Shown: positions 41,279-51,154, numbered from the stretch's first letter. The stretch is 64,000 bases of DNA from an uncultured Flavobacteriales bacterium (GCA_959608625.1 CAUHQV010000002.1:18746-82745); one strand, 5' to 3'. Numbers and translations: made by a program. The notes: generated by a model from the sequence alone, not told the origin.

Positions 41279-41947
41279 ATGGATATCGCACAGAATATAA
41301 AACGTGTAAAAGCCTTGCTCCCGCAGGGCGTTACGTTGGTGGCTGTATCCAAGACCAAGCCCGACGGGGATATTCTGGAGGCTTACCAGGCCGGACAGCG
41401 TATCTTCGGGGAAAACAAGGTGCAGGAAATGTGCGCCAAATACGAACGTCTGCCCAAAGATATCGAATGGCACATGATAGGCCATTTACAGAGTAACAAG
41501 ATAAAATTCATCGTGCCGTTCGTACGGATGATCCATAGCGTCGATTCGCCCGACCTGCTACGCAGGATAAATGCGGCGGCAGGAAAAACAGGACGCCGGA
41601 TAGATTGTTTGTTGGAGGTGCATATCGCCCGGGAGGAGACCAAATTCGGTTTTTCCGGAGAGGAAGCATTGGAAATGGCTTTGGGCGATGAAGTGAAAAA
41701 TATGGAATGGGTCCGGGTGAAGGGCCTGATGGGAATGGCTTCCAATACGCCCGATATGGAATCGGTGCGGGAGGAATTCAAAACCCTGAAGGACTATTCG
41801 GATCGGCTGAAGTCCCGGGCACCCGAAATGGACGTGCTTTCCATGGGCATGAGCGGGGATTATCCCGTGGCTGTGGAATGCGGATCGACGATGGTGCGCG
41901 TGGGGAGCGGGATATTCGGGGCACGCAAATATCAGGCAGAAGGATAA
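41279..41947 (+). CDS. yggS: YggS-family pyridoxal-phosphate homeostasis protein
   Basis: It has the PLP-lysine context LVAVSKTKP, followed by HMIGHLQSNK and MGMSGDY. Confidence 0.9.
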   Translation: MDIAQNIKRVKALLPQGVTLVAVSKTKPDGDILEAYQAGQRIFGENKVQEMCAKYERLPKDIEWHMIGHLQSNKIKFIVPFVRMIHSVDSPDLLRRINAAAGKTGRRIDCLLEVHIAREETKFGFSGEEALEMALGDEVKNMEWVRVKGLMGMASNTPDMESVREEFKTLKDYSDRLKSRAPEMDVLSMGMSGDYPVAVECGSTMVRVGSGIFGARKYQAEG

Positions 41948-41965
41948 AGGTAAAGGAGGCAGATT

Positions 41966-43075
41966 TTGTACGCAGTAGTGGATTTGGAAACGACCGGAGG
42001 GCGTTTCAGCGAAGAAGGTATCACCGAAGTGGCGATCTACAAATTCGACGGACGCGAAGTGGTCGACCGGTTGGTGTCGCTGGTCAATCCCATGCGGCCG
42101 ATCGACTCGTATGTGACCAAACTTACGGGTATCGACAATAAAATGCTCCGCCGCGCGCCCCGTTTTTACGAGCTGGCCAAACGCATCGTGGAGATTACCG
42201 AGGGCTGTGTCGTGGTGGCGCACAATGCCGATTTCGATTACCGGATGCTGCGCCAGGAGTTCGCCCGGCTGGGTTATGTGTACGAACGCAATACGATCTG
42301 CACGGTCAAGGAATCGCAGCGCCTGATGCCGGGATTGGAAAGTTATTCCCTGGGCCGTTTGTGCCGCTTTTTAGGGATTCCCGTCGCCTCGCGCCACCGC
42401 GCATACGGCGATGCCGAGGCTACCGTGAAGCTCTTACAGATACTCATCGAAAAAGATACCTCCAAAAAGATCGTCAAGGCGGCCTCCAAGCCCGTGCAGA
42501 AACTTTCCCGCAAGGAGATGAAATACCGTCTGATACTGGATACCCTGCCTACTTTTGCCGGCGTATTCCAGATACTGGACAAGGACAAGAATATCATCTA
42601 TATCGGCCGGACCAACAATATTTACAAGCAGATGACCCATCTGCTCTCCCTCGACACCCAGGCCGGAAGAGCCATACAGGACGGCATCAATTCGGTGACT
42701 TGGGAAGAGACACCCAGCCAGCTGATATCGTACCTCAAATATATCGGCCAAGTCCGTGAGATTGAGCCTCCGCTCAACGGGAAACTCCGTCCGCGGAAAA
42801 TGACCCGTACGTTGGCTGCTACTTTTCCCCAGGACAAAACGATGCTTATTTTCGATAAAGGACAAAAAGCGACCGACCGGGCGGTAGTGCTGGTGGAAAA
42901 AGGGGAATTGAAGGGTTACAGCTATGTCGATCTGAATTATCAGGTAAACAATCTCGAAGTTCTGCGCACCCGCCTGACGCCGCTGGAGAATACGCCGGAC
43001 AATCTGTATGCCGTGCGTACTTTTATCCGCAAGGGCGGCCCGGGGGTAGGCGTGGAGTATTTAGGCGAAAAGTAA
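41966..43075 (+). CDS. DnaQ-like exonuclease fused to a GIY-YIG (Cho/UvrC-N-like) nuclease domain
   Basis: It has Exo I VVDLETTG and Exo III HRAYGDAEAT. A GIY-YIG-like block GVFQILDKDKNIIYIGRTNNIYKQM follows. The TTG start is implied because no in-frame ATG precedes the Exo I motif. Confidence 0.75.
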   Translation: MYAVVDLETTGGRFSEEGITEVAIYKFDGREVVDRLVSLVNPMRPIDSYVTKLTGIDNKMLRRAPRFYELAKRIVEITEGCVVVAHNADFDYRMLRQEFARLGYVYERNTICTVKESQRLMPGLESYSLGRLCRFLGIPVASRHRAYGDAEATVKLLQILIEKDTSKKIVKAASKPVQKLSRKEMKYRLILDTLPTFAGVFQILDKDKNIIYIGRTNNIYKQMTHLLSLDTQAGRAIQDGINSVTWEETPSQLISYLKYIGQVREIEPPLNGKLRPRKMTRTLAATFPQDKTMLIFDKGQKATDRAVVLVEKGELKGYSYVDLNYQVNNLEVLRTRLTPLENTPDNLYAVRTFIRKGGPGVGVEYLGEK

Positions 43076-43096
43076 GCTCGCAGGAGCACCCCGTTT

Positions 43097-44554
43097 TTAT
43101 TTCTTTTCAAAAAACTCGTCAGGGAATCCCATCAGGTAAACTTTTTTCCGCGCCCGGGTAACGGCCGTATACAGCCAGCGCAAGTATTCTACCGAAAGTT
43201 TCGGTTCGGCCATCCAGACCTGTTCTACCAGGACGTTGTCCCAACCGCCTCCCTGTGCCTTATGGCAAGTCACTGCATAGCCGAATTTCACCTGAATGGC
43301 GTTGTAATATTCGTTTTTGGCCAGTTCTTCATAGCGTTTGCGGGGAGGAAGGTCGGCATAATCTTTCATCACCTCTTCGAAAAAGGCTTTGGCCCGTCCT
43401 TCCGGGAGTGCGGCAGAATCCGAATAAATGGTATCCAGCAGGATGACGGCTTCGAACTTGGGCATCTGCGGGTAATCCGTCAGGCTCAGCTCGACCCGAG
43501 CGAACCGCATACCGTACATTTCTTCCTCTTTCCGTACGCTCATCACTTCGGCCAGGTCGCCGTTGGCGATAAACCCGCAGGGGGATTTTTCATCCACCCA
43601 AAAATAATTGTTCTTGACCACCATCAGGATATCCCCGGTAGCAATTTCCCCCTCGGAAAGTTTCACCCGCGAACGTATCTGCGCGTTGAACAGACCGGCC
43701 CGTTTGTTGGAACGGGTGATGATGATGGTTTCCGATTCCCCGCCGGCGCTGTACGAACCTTCTATCGCACTTTGTATATCGTATCCGTCTTCCAAACGGA
43801 CAAAATCCGATCCCGTGCGGAACTTTAGATTTCCCCATGGAAGGCGGTCAGAATCTTCCATAGCTTTACGGATAGCGGTCGCGTTGTGCAGGATATCCGA
43901 TTTCTGACTTTGCCGGTATACGCGGGTCAAGTCCATCCCTGCGCAATTTATCCCATAGCCCGATTCGAAAGTGCGCTCCTCCAAAGCCGGGGAATCCGAA
44001 TACCCTACGGGTGGCAGCTGGGCCCGGTCGCCGACCAAAATAAGACGGCATCCGGCACCGCTGAATACGTAACTCAGCAGGTCGTCGAGCAGGGACGACG
44101 AAGAATTGACCAGCGATTCCCCGGCCCGGTCGGTGAGCATCGAGGCTTCGTCCACGATGAATACGGCATTTTTCAGCTTGTTCGGCCGCATCGAAAAAGA
44201 CATGCCGCCGCTGTCCCGGGGTACGACCGCGTAGATCTGTTTGTGTATGGTATAAGCCCGCATACCGGAGTATCCGGCCATTACTTTGGCCGCCCGACCG
44301 GTAGGGGCCATCAGGACGGCTTTCCGCCCGGTATTGTAGAGGGTACGCACCAAGGCCGCTATGATGCTCGTTTTCCCGGTTCCCGCATATCCCCGCAGGA
44401 TAAAGATGCGCCGGTTTTCCGGCCCCGATACGAATCCGGACAGCGATTCTATGGCCGAAAGCTGTTCTTCGGAAGGTTCGAAGGGGAAATTGGAGAGTAT
44501 CTGTTCGGACAGGGTGTTGTTCATAGCAATGGGCGGATGTACAAATTTACTCAT
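43097..44554 (-). CDS. RecD/Pif1-like SF1 DNA helicase
   Basis: It has Walker A GYAGTGKTS, Walker B FIVDEASML, and the C-terminal AVTCHKAQGGGWDNV motif. Confidence 0.8.
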   Translation of the reverse strand: MSKFVHPPIAMNNTLSEQILSNFPFEPSEEQLSAIESLSGFVSGPENRRIFILRGYAGTGKTSIIAALVRTLYNTGRKAVLMAPTGRAAKVMAGYSGMRAYTIHKQIYAVVPRDSGGMSFSMRPNKLKNAVFIVDEASMLTDRAGESLVNSSSSLLDDLLSYVFSGAGCRLILVGDRAQLPPVGYSDSPALEERTFESGYGINCAGMDLTRVYRQSQKSDILHNATAIRKAMEDSDRLPWGNLKFRTGSDFVRLEDGYDIQSAIEGSYSAGGESETIIITRSNKRAGLFNAQIRSRVKLSEGEIATGDILMVVKNNYFWVDEKSPCGFIANGDLAEVMSVRKEEEMYGMRFARVELSLTDYPQMPKFEAVILLDTIYSDSAALPEGRAKAFFEEVMKDYADLPPRKRYEELAKNEYYNAIQVKFGYAVTCHKAQGGGWDNVLVEQVWMAEPKLSVEYLRWLYTAVTRARKKVYLMGFPDEFFEKK

Positions 44555-44654
44555 TTTATTTCCCCCGGCAGCCGTCTTCCCGAGGATTGCAGCGGATTAA
44601 CGGACGGATGTTGCCAAAAAAATCGTAGTTTTGTCTTCCCGGAACACAACTAAA

Positions 44655-45512
44655 ATGCCCAAAGATACCGATAGCATCGTATATGCCGATAAAAGGCTTT
44701 CCGCTCCTGCCACAGAGGCGGAAAAGCTTGATTTGGCTGTAGAGGTGAGCGAGTGCGGTTTTTCTTTTTCCCTCGCATCGGCTTCTAGCAGGGAATATCT
44801 GGCTGCCGGCCACTTGTCCATTCCCTTGGGCGGCTCTCACAGGCGCCTGCTGGAAAAGATGATCCGCTTTTTTGAAACAACGGCGCTTTTTTCGGGATTG
44901 GAATACCGCCAGGTCGACCTCGTTTATCTGGATCGGGATTTTACCCTGGTGCCCGGGGAACTATTCGACCGGGAGAAGGCCGGCGACCTGCTCAGTTTTG
45001 CGATGGGAAAAGATCTCCGGGATGGAGTGCTTCACGAAATGGCGGGCCAGGCGGCGGTATGCATATTTTGCAGCCGGGAGGATTTTATCCGTTATTTTGA
45101 AACGAAAGCAACAACTGTGCGGGAGCATCATAGTGCGGCCGTATTTTTGAAAAATGTTTTTTCGGATCTTGGCACCGGGTGCTGTATCCATGTCAATTCT
45201 TCGAACGGTTATCTGCAAGTGGTGGTCATGGAAGATGAAAAGCTCATCCTGGATAATGTTTTCCGCATCGAAAGGGAGGAGGACTTTATGTATTACCTGC
45301 TTTTGGCGGCCAACCAGACTGGTATGGATGTGTTCCAGACGCCTTTTATCCTTTACGGAGCGCCGGAGGTCTATCTGAAGAATATGGCGGAAATAAACCG
45401 TTGTTTGGCAAGCTACCGTTTTGCCGGACGGTGTACGTCGGTGCGTTTTTCCCCGGCTCTGGACTTTGTAGCCGGGTATGAATATTATAATCTATTGGGG
45501 GGGAAGTTATGA
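44655..45512 (+). CDS. DUF3822-like protein
   Basis: The roughly 285-aa ORF lies immediately upstream of, and overlaps by 4 nt, rsmD, an arrangement I recall for DUF3822 in Bacteroidetes. I prefer the ATG at 44655 over the TTG at 44631. Confidence 0.5.
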   Translation: MPKDTDSIVYADKRLSAPATEAEKLDLAVEVSECGFSFSLASASSREYLAAGHLSIPLGGSHRRLLEKMIRFFETTALFSGLEYRQVDLVYLDRDFTLVPGELFDREKAGDLLSFAMGKDLRDGVLHEMAGQAAVCIFCSREDFIRYFETKATTVREHHSAAVFLKNVFSDLGTGCCIHVNSSNGYLQVVVMEDEKLILDNVFRIEREEDFMYYLLLAANQTGMDVFQTPFILYGAPEVYLKNMAEINRCLASYRFAGRCTSVRFSPALDFVAGYEYYNLLGGKL

Positions 45513-46057
45513 GGATTATTTCCGGCCGTTGGAAAGGGCGTCATCTGATCGCGCCCACGTCGCTCCCGGTCCGTCCTACGACGGATATGGCGAAAGAAGC
45601 GCTTTTCAATATTCTGTCCAATGATTTCGATTTGGACGGGGTTGCCGTGACGGATCTTTTTGCCGGGACAGGCAATATTTCATATGAGTTCGCTTCCCGT
45701 GGTGCCCTGAGCGTGCGGGCGGTGGAACGGGACCGGGGTTGTGTGAAATACATCGCTTTGACGGCACTTACCCTCGAATTCCCGCAGATCGAGATCATTC
45801 CTGCCGATGTATTCCGCTATGTAGGACGCCAGCAACCAGCGTCCGATATCGTATTCGCCGACCCTCCTTACGACCTGCAACCGGAGAAATACCGGGAATT
45901 GGTAGAGGCGGTGTTCGCCAATGGTTTGCTCTCCGACAGCGGGATCCTGGTGGTGGAACATTCCAAATCGATCGATTTGTCGGATATGCGGTATTTTATG
46001 CAAATGCGACATTATGGCACCGTGCATTTCAGCTTTTTCGAACATAATCCCGGCTAA
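45509..46057 (+). CDS. rsmD: 16S rRNA (guanine966-N2)-methyltransferase RsmD
   Basis: It starts MRIISGRWKGR and has the SAM motif DLFAGTG and the catalytic FADPPY. Confidence 0.85.
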   Translation: MRIISGRWKGRHLIAPTSLPVRPTTDMAKEALFNILSNDFDLDGVAVTDLFAGTGNISYEFASRGALSVRAVERDRGCVKYIALTALTLEFPQIEIIPADVFRYVGRQQPASDIVFADPPYDLQPEKYRELVEAVFANGLLSDSGILVVEHSKSIDLSDMRYFMQMRHYGTVHFSFFEHNPG

Positions 46058-46129
46058 GGGATTTTTTCCTTCAATAATATTTCTTTTTCGATAAATTATT
46101 TCGTATATTTATATAAAACGAAGATAATT

Positions 46130-46624
46130 ATGGAAGAAAAAGAATTGGATTTACAGCCGGATGAAGCCCGCCGGCGGGCAGTGGACGCGCTGCTGGAACG
46201 GGGAGTGGTGTTCGAGGTCGAGCGCCGGGGCCCGTTAAGGATATTTGGAAAGAAAATGAGGCTGGTGATAAACCCGCCGACGCTTGGGGTGTTGTATGCC
46301 ATTTCGGGGGAATTTGCCGCGATGCGGGTCGATGAGGATAAAGTGGAGGAAGATCCGATAGGCTATAGTTTTTCCCTGGTGCGTTCGCAGTCCCACAGTA
46401 TGGCCCGGGCGGTCTCCTATGCGGTACTGGGCGCTCGATGGAAGGTAAAGTGTTTTACCGGGATGTTTTCCCGGTATCTTTTGTGGCAGCTTACAGCCAA
46501 ACAACTTTTGAAACTGGTGGTTACAGTGCTTTCGGTGAGCGGTACCGCGGATTTTATAAACTCTATCAGATTGATAAAGGGAACCGGTCTTTTGGATGCA
46601 AAGACCGAGCGTCCGGTAGAGTAA
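46130..46624 (+). CDS. Hypothetical protein (orphan)
   Basis: The 164-aa ORF has an ATG start after an AT-rich spacer. I recognised no family. A terminator lies at 46854..46884, well downstream of the stop. Confidence 0.45.
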   Translation: MEEKELDLQPDEARRRAVDALLERGVVFEVERRGPLRIFGKKMRLVINPPTLGVLYAISGEFAAMRVDEDKVEEDPIGYSFSLVRSQSHSMARAVSYAVLGARWKVKCFTGMFSRYLLWQLTAKQLLKLVVTVLSVSGTADFINSIRLIKGTGLLDAKTERPVE

Positions 46625-46853
46625 GGGCCCGGGTGCGGGGCCTGCGAAGCCCGTGGGGAACGGAAGGTGCCGTGTGTTCCCATTTTCATTGGCGAAGGGA
46701 TTATTTGCTGTGGGGGATTTCCTGGGTCAATGTGCAATTGATGCTTGCGGATATGCCTTCCGTCGGTTACGACGATAACGATACGGTAAATACCGATTCC
46801 GAGGAGGAATTGGCCGCATTTATAAATTCGTTGTAATGACTCCCGAACGCCGA

Positions 46854-46884
46854 TGGCAGGAAGCAAAGCTTCCTGCCATTTTTT
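46854..46884 (+). terminator. Rho-independent terminator closing the orphan unit
   Basis: The 11-bp stem TGGCAGGAAGC / GCTTCCTGCCA has loop AAA and is followed by TTTTTT. Confidence 0.75.
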
Positions 46885-46889
46885 GTATA

Positions 46890-46918
46890 CAAAAAATGCG
46901 GGCCTGAAAGGCCCGCAT
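46890..46918 (-). terminator. Rho-independent terminator after serA
   Basis: The stem is ATGCGGGCC / GGCCCGCAT, followed on the minus strand by TTTTTT. Confidence 0.75.
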
Positions 46919-46946
46919 CGGTGTTTGGTCGTAAACCGACGCGCGG

Positions 46947-47903
46947 TTATTTTGCCAGGGCGGCGATCACGTTGTCGGCGATCTCGGTGCCTATCTTGTC
47001 CTGCGCATCGGTTGTCGAAGCGCCGATATGCGGTGACAGAGAGATCGATTCGTTCATCAGCAGGGCGACAGGCGGGGTTGGCTCGCTCTGGAATACATCC
47101 AGACCGGCGCCGCACAGTTTGCCGCTCTCGATAGCTTCTACCAGGGCCGCTTCGTCTACTACGCCCCCGCGGGCTGCATTGACGATGATAGCTCCCGGTT
47201 TCATTTTCTCGATCTCGGCTTTGCCGATAAGCGGTTTGGCCTGCGAGGGAACGTGAAGCGATATGAAATCCGATTCGGCCAACACCTGGTCGAACGTGTT
47301 CGGATTAAGGGTGAATTTCACGATCTGTCCGTCGAAGAAGTCGAGTTCCAAGGTTTTCGGCTCGGAAATGAACGGATCGTAGAATACGACTCTCATCCCT
47401 ATACCGATGGCGTTCATGGCCAACCGTTGGCCGATGCGCCCGAAACCGATAATACCTAGTGTCTTTCCTGCCAGTTCGCGGCCTTTGGAGTATTGTTTTT
47501 TCAGCTCTGCAAAACGGGTTTCGCCTTCCAGAGGCATCTGTTGGTTGGAGCAATTGAGCGAACGGGCTACCGAGATCATATGTCCCAAAGCCAGTTCGGC
47601 GACCGATACGGACGACGCATTGGGGGTGTTGACCACCGTGCGCCCCTGGCTGCGGGCGTAATCCACGTCGATGTTGTCCATGCCGACCCCGGCACGGGCT
47701 ATCACGCGCAGATTTTTGCACGCATCGATCACATCTTTGCGGACTTTGGTAGCCGAACGGACTACGATAGCCGCTACATCGTTGTCGTTGATGTATTTTG
47801 CCAATTCTTCCTGCGGCACAGTATCCGTGATCACGGTGTGCCCGGCCTTTTCGAGGCGTTCTACGCCTGCTTTGGATAGACCGTCGTTTGCCAGTACTTT
47901 CAT
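46947..47903 (-). CDS. serA: D-3-phosphoglycerate dehydrogenase / D-2-hydroxyacid dehydrogenase
   Basis: It has the NAD motif GIIGFGRIGQ and conserved R/E/H catalytic-region spacing. It overlaps serC by 4 nt, so the two are translationally coupled. Confidence 0.88.
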   Translation of the reverse strand: MKVLANDGLSKAGVERLEKAGHTVITDTVPQEELAKYINDNDVAAIVVRSATKVRKDVIDACKNLRVIARAGVGMDNIDVDYARSQGRTVVNTPNASSVSVAELALGHMISVARSLNCSNQQMPLEGETRFAELKKQYSKGRELAGKTLGIIGFGRIGQRLAMNAIGIGMRVVFYDPFISEPKTLELDFFDGQIVKFTLNPNTFDQVLAESDFISLHVPSQAKPLIGKAEIEKMKPGAIIVNAARGGVVDEAALVEAIESGKLCGAGLDVFQSEPTPPVALLMNESISLSPHIGASTTDAQDKIGTEIADNVIAALAK

Positions 47904-48967
47904 AATTTTTCCAGTTTTTGCATTGCGTCTATCAGGACTTGTATCTTTTCTTTGGTCATCGCGTTATAGAGGGAAGCGCGGTATCCGCCCACCGAACGGT
48001 GTCCCTTCAGGGAAGAAATGTTGGCCGCGGCACAAATGTCGGCGAACGGCTTTTCGTATTTTTCCGGATCTACCAGAACGAAAGTCGCGTTCATCAGCGA
48101 ACGGTCTTCTTTTTCGGCTGTTCCTTTGAACAACGGGTTGCGGTCGATTTCAGCGTAAAGCATGGCGGCCTTTTCCTCGTTGTATTTCTCGGCGGCGGCT
48201 ACACCCCCGCGCTTTTTCAGGAGGCGCAGGTTGAGCAGCGACATATAGATCGCCATTGTACAAGGCGTATTGTACATACTCTTGTTCTTTATCTGTACTT
48301 GATAGTCCAACATCGAGGGCAGGTAACGTCCCGATTTTCCCAGCAGGTCGTCGCGCACGATCACCAGGGTCGTACCGGCAGGGCCGATATTCTTCTGGGC
48401 GCCGGCGTAGATCAGGCCGAATTTGGAAACGTCTATCCGGCGGGAGAAAATATCCGAGGACATATCGCAGGCCATGGGCACGGGACTGTCCGGGAATTTC
48501 TTCATTTGGGTGCCGAATATCGTATTGTTGGAAGTGCAATGGAAATAATCGGCGTCCGAGGGGATTGTGTAATCCTTCGGTACGAAAGTATAATTGCTTT
48601 CTTTTGAGGAGGCCACGCATACGGCCTTGCCGATCCCTGCAGCTTCCTTGAAGGCTTTCGATGCCCATGTGCCCGAATCCAGGTAAGCGGCATAGCCGTT
48701 TTCTTTCATCAGGTTCATAGCGACCATCAGGAACTGGAGGCTGGCGCCCCCCTGAAGGAACAGGATGGAGTAACCGTCGGGAACCGAGAGAAGTTCGCGC
48801 ACGAGGTTTTCAGCCTCGTCCAGTACGGCCATAAATTCTTTGCTGCGATGGGAGATTTCTGCTATGGACAAGTCCGATCCTTCAAAATCGGTCATGGCGG
48901 CAGCCATCTGCTCAAACACTTCGTCGGGCAATACGGAAGGCCCGGCGCTGAAGTTGATTTTTCGCAT
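47900..48967 (-). CDS. serC: Phosphoserine aminotransferase
   Basis: The canonical N-terminus MRKINFSAGP starts at the ATG at 48967, and the PLP-lysine region YAGAQKNIGPAG is present. Confidence 0.93.
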   Translation of the reverse strand: MRKINFSAGPSVLPDEVFEQMAAAMTDFEGSDLSIAEISHRSKEFMAVLDEAENLVRELLSVPDGYSILFLQGGASLQFLMVAMNLMKENGYAAYLDSGTWASKAFKEAAGIGKAVCVASSKESNYTFVPKDYTIPSDADYFHCTSNNTIFGTQMKKFPDSPVPMACDMSSDIFSRRIDVSKFGLIYAGAQKNIGPAGTTLVIVRDDLLGKSGRYLPSMLDYQVQIKNKSMYNTPCTMAIYMSLLNLRLLKKRGGVAAAEKYNEEKAAMLYAEIDRNPLFKGTAEKEDRSLMNATFVLVDPEKYEKPFADICAAANISSLKGHRSVGGYRASLYNAMTKEKIQVLIDAMQKLEKL

Positions 48968-49207
48968 TATGCGTAAAGTTTTAATTAATGGATTCCTTCG
49001 AAAATGAAGATACAAATATCCGAAAATCTTTCCGTAAAAAGGATACAAAATCGGGTAATTTTTGATTTGTTTTTTTTCTTTCCGTTGAGAAAATGGCAGA
49101 ATAAAGTCAAAAAAGCTTTTTATTCTTCATTACCGGCTGTCAGGATAAGGAAATATCGATTTTGAAAAAAATCATTTTTTTTCTTGCGCATATCCATTTA
49201 TGTATTT

Positions 49208-49237
49208 TATATTTGTGATATCAAAATGATATCAAAT
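49208..49237 (+). promoter_or_regulatory. -7 box TATATTTG abutting the tandem repeat TGATATCAAAA-TGATATCAAAT
   Basis: An exact TAnnTTTG lies at 49208..49215. Two head-to-tail copies of TGATATCAAA (each containing the GATATC palindrome) lie at 49216..49237, where the transcription start would fall, about 28 nt before the SPFH ATG. Confidence 0.4.
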
Positions 49238-49264
49238 TAAATAACAATTAACACGTATAGAAAC

Positions 49265-50191
49265 ATGGAAAAAGAATTCAAAGGGATGGTCGTATCGGGA
49301 TTTCTGATGCTCATCGTATTTTTTCTGCTCATCGGCGGGGCGGCCTGGTCGTTCTCCTGGCTGGAATCCGTTTGCTCGATCGGTGGCATCGTATGCGGGA
49401 TCGTGTGCATAGTGGTAGCCCTGCTGTTGCTTTGCGGTTTTATCATGGTCGAACCGAACGAGGCCCGGGTGGTCATGTTCTTCGGGAAATACGAAGGAAC
49501 GTTCACCCGCAACGGTTTCTTCTGGCTCAATCCGTTCAACAGCACGAAAAAAATCCCCCTGAAAGCCCGCAACTTGGATGCGGCCCCGATAAAGGTCAAT
49601 GATAAGGTCGGCAATCCTATCCTGATCGGACTGGTGATGGTATGGAAAGTGCGGGATACGTATAAGGTGATGTTCAATATCGACAACGAAGTGAATGCCG
49701 TAGCAGGCGTGGCGAATAGTTCGGCCAACCGGATGAAAACATACGAAAATTTCGTTAAGATACAGGCCGATGCCGCCCTGCGGCGCATCGCCGGGGAATA
49801 CGCGTACGACAACGTAGAGAACCACGACGACGTGACACTGCGCTCTTCGGGTGAAGTGGTGCAGCAACGCCTGGAGCATGCAATCTCCGAAAGCCTGGAA
49901 ATAGCCGGTATCGAAGTGGTGGAAGCCCGGATATCCCACTTGGCTTACGCGCCGGAGATAGCCGCCGTGATGTTGCGCCGCCAGCAGGCCGACGCGATCC
50001 TTTCCGCCCGGCACAAGATCGTGGAAGGGGCTGTGGATATGGTGCAGATGGCCCTCGAACGGCTGAAAGCCGAAAACGTGGTGGAACTGGACGACGATAA
50101 GAAAGCGGCGATGGTATCCAACTTGCTGGTGGTACTTTGCGCCGACGAATCGGCCCAGCCGGTGGTCAATACCGGTACGCTCCACCAGTAA
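49265..50191 (+). CDS. SPFH/Band-7 domain membrane protein
   Basis: Two N-terminal TM helices are followed by an SPFH core (VEPNEARVVMFFGKY...GNPILIGLVMVWKV) and a coiled C-terminal part. Confidence 0.88.
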   Translation: MEKEFKGMVVSGFLMLIVFFLLIGGAAWSFSWLESVCSIGGIVCGIVCIVVALLLLCGFIMVEPNEARVVMFFGKYEGTFTRNGFFWLNPFNSTKKIPLKARNLDAAPIKVNDKVGNPILIGLVMVWKVRDTYKVMFNIDNEVNAVAGVANSSANRMKTYENFVKIQADAALRRIAGEYAYDNVENHDDVTLRSSGEVVQQRLEHAISESLEIAGIEVVEARISHLAYAPEIAAVMLRRQQADAILSARHKIVEGAVDMVQMALERLKAENVVELDDDKKAAMVSNLLVVLCADESAQPVVNTGTLHQ

Positions 50192-50205
50192 GAAGATTTA
50201 CCCTC

Positions 50206-50679
50206 ATGGAAAATATGAAGAATACGATATTGGTACAGATCGTCTTTGTGGCGGCGATGATAGCCGCCGCCGCGTTGGTATCGTGGATTGCCAGCGTGAT
50301 AGCTGTGATGTTCACGCACGACGTCGGTACTATAGTCATCGCCTGCGTGGTGTCGGTCTGGGCGGCGGAAATGGCCATTTACGTTTTCCGCTCGGTCTAC
50401 CTCTATAACCGCCGGATCCGTACGATGGAGCAAGCCGGGGCCGCACAACAGGATATTACGGTGGAAAAACACCGGATGAAAAACCGCTATATGTTGGCTG
50501 GGGCGGTATTCGGAGGGCTGCTGGGCTATATGTGTTTCGGGGTGTACCGCAATATGGTAGACGTACAGCAGAGCGCCGAGGGCATAGAAGGCGGAATAGA
50601 CTGGGTGCTGGCCGCTAAGGTCACGATAACCATGATTTTGCTGGCCATTATCATATACAGGATAAAAAGGAACAGGTAA
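50206..50679 (+). CDS. Hypothetical 4-TM membrane protein
   Basis: It has an ATG start 15 nt after the SPFH stop and four hydrophobic helices. I recognised no family. Confidence 0.6.
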   Translation: MENMKNTILVQIVFVAAMIAAAALVSWIASVIAVMFTHDVGTIVIACVVSVWAAEMAIYVFRSVYLYNRRIRTMEQAGAAQQDITVEKHRMKNRYMLAGAVFGGLLGYMCFGVYRNMVDVQQSAEGIEGGIDWVLAAKVTITMILLAIIIYRIKRNR

Positions 50680-50683
50680 CGGC

Positions 50684-51145
50684 ATGAAAAGACTGGTTTC
50701 GCATATTGCCGTTTTGTCGGTGCTGGGCTATATGCTGATAGAAGCCCTGGGTAGCCACCGCGTATGGGTCATAACCATAGTGGCGGCGATTTGGGTTTTT
50801 GTAACGGCGGCCGATATTTACCGCTACAGAGGGCGCATCGGAGCGTCTTTTCGCAAAATGCCCGCTTTCCGGTTCGCAAAAATACGGATCGGCTTTCCGG
50901 CAGGGGATGCCCCGGCTTCCGATTCCGTACAGGACAGGATAGCGGTGTACGCTTCTTATATCCTGTACGTGGTGCTGGCGGGACTGTCGCTGGCTGGGAT
51001 CATACATTATTTCAAACAGGACACATGGCCGGGCGGGACGCTGGAAAAATGGATCGTTCCGGTAGTGATCCTGCTGGCTGTTTTATCGGTATTCCGGAAA
51101 CGGTACCGCTATATCGCCTGGCTAAAGAAACGGATGGATCGGTAA
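50684..51145 (+). CDS. Hypothetical 4-TM membrane protein
   Basis: It starts 5 nt after the previous stop and has four hydrophobic helices. I recognised no family. Confidence 0.6.
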   Translation: MKRLVSHIAVLSVLGYMLIEALGSHRVWVITIVAAIWVFVTAADIYRYRGRIGASFRKMPAFRFAKIRIGFPAGDAPASDSVQDRIAVYASYILYVVLAGLSLAGIIHYFKQDTWPGGTLEKWIVPVVILLAVLSVFRKRYRYIAWLKKRMDR

Positions 51146-51154
51146 AGGAACGTG

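Noticed and set aside
46438-46836. I considered a programmed -1 frameshift (heptamer A_AAG_GGA at 46576..46582) joining ORF 46130..46624 to the -1 frame, similar to phage tail-chaperone genes.
   Set aside because: The -1-frame segment just after the putative shift is Arg/Gly-rich low-complexity sequence that does not look like real protein. There are no phage structural genes nearby and no downstream stimulatory structure is evident. I kept it only as a remote alternative in the orphan-insert finding.
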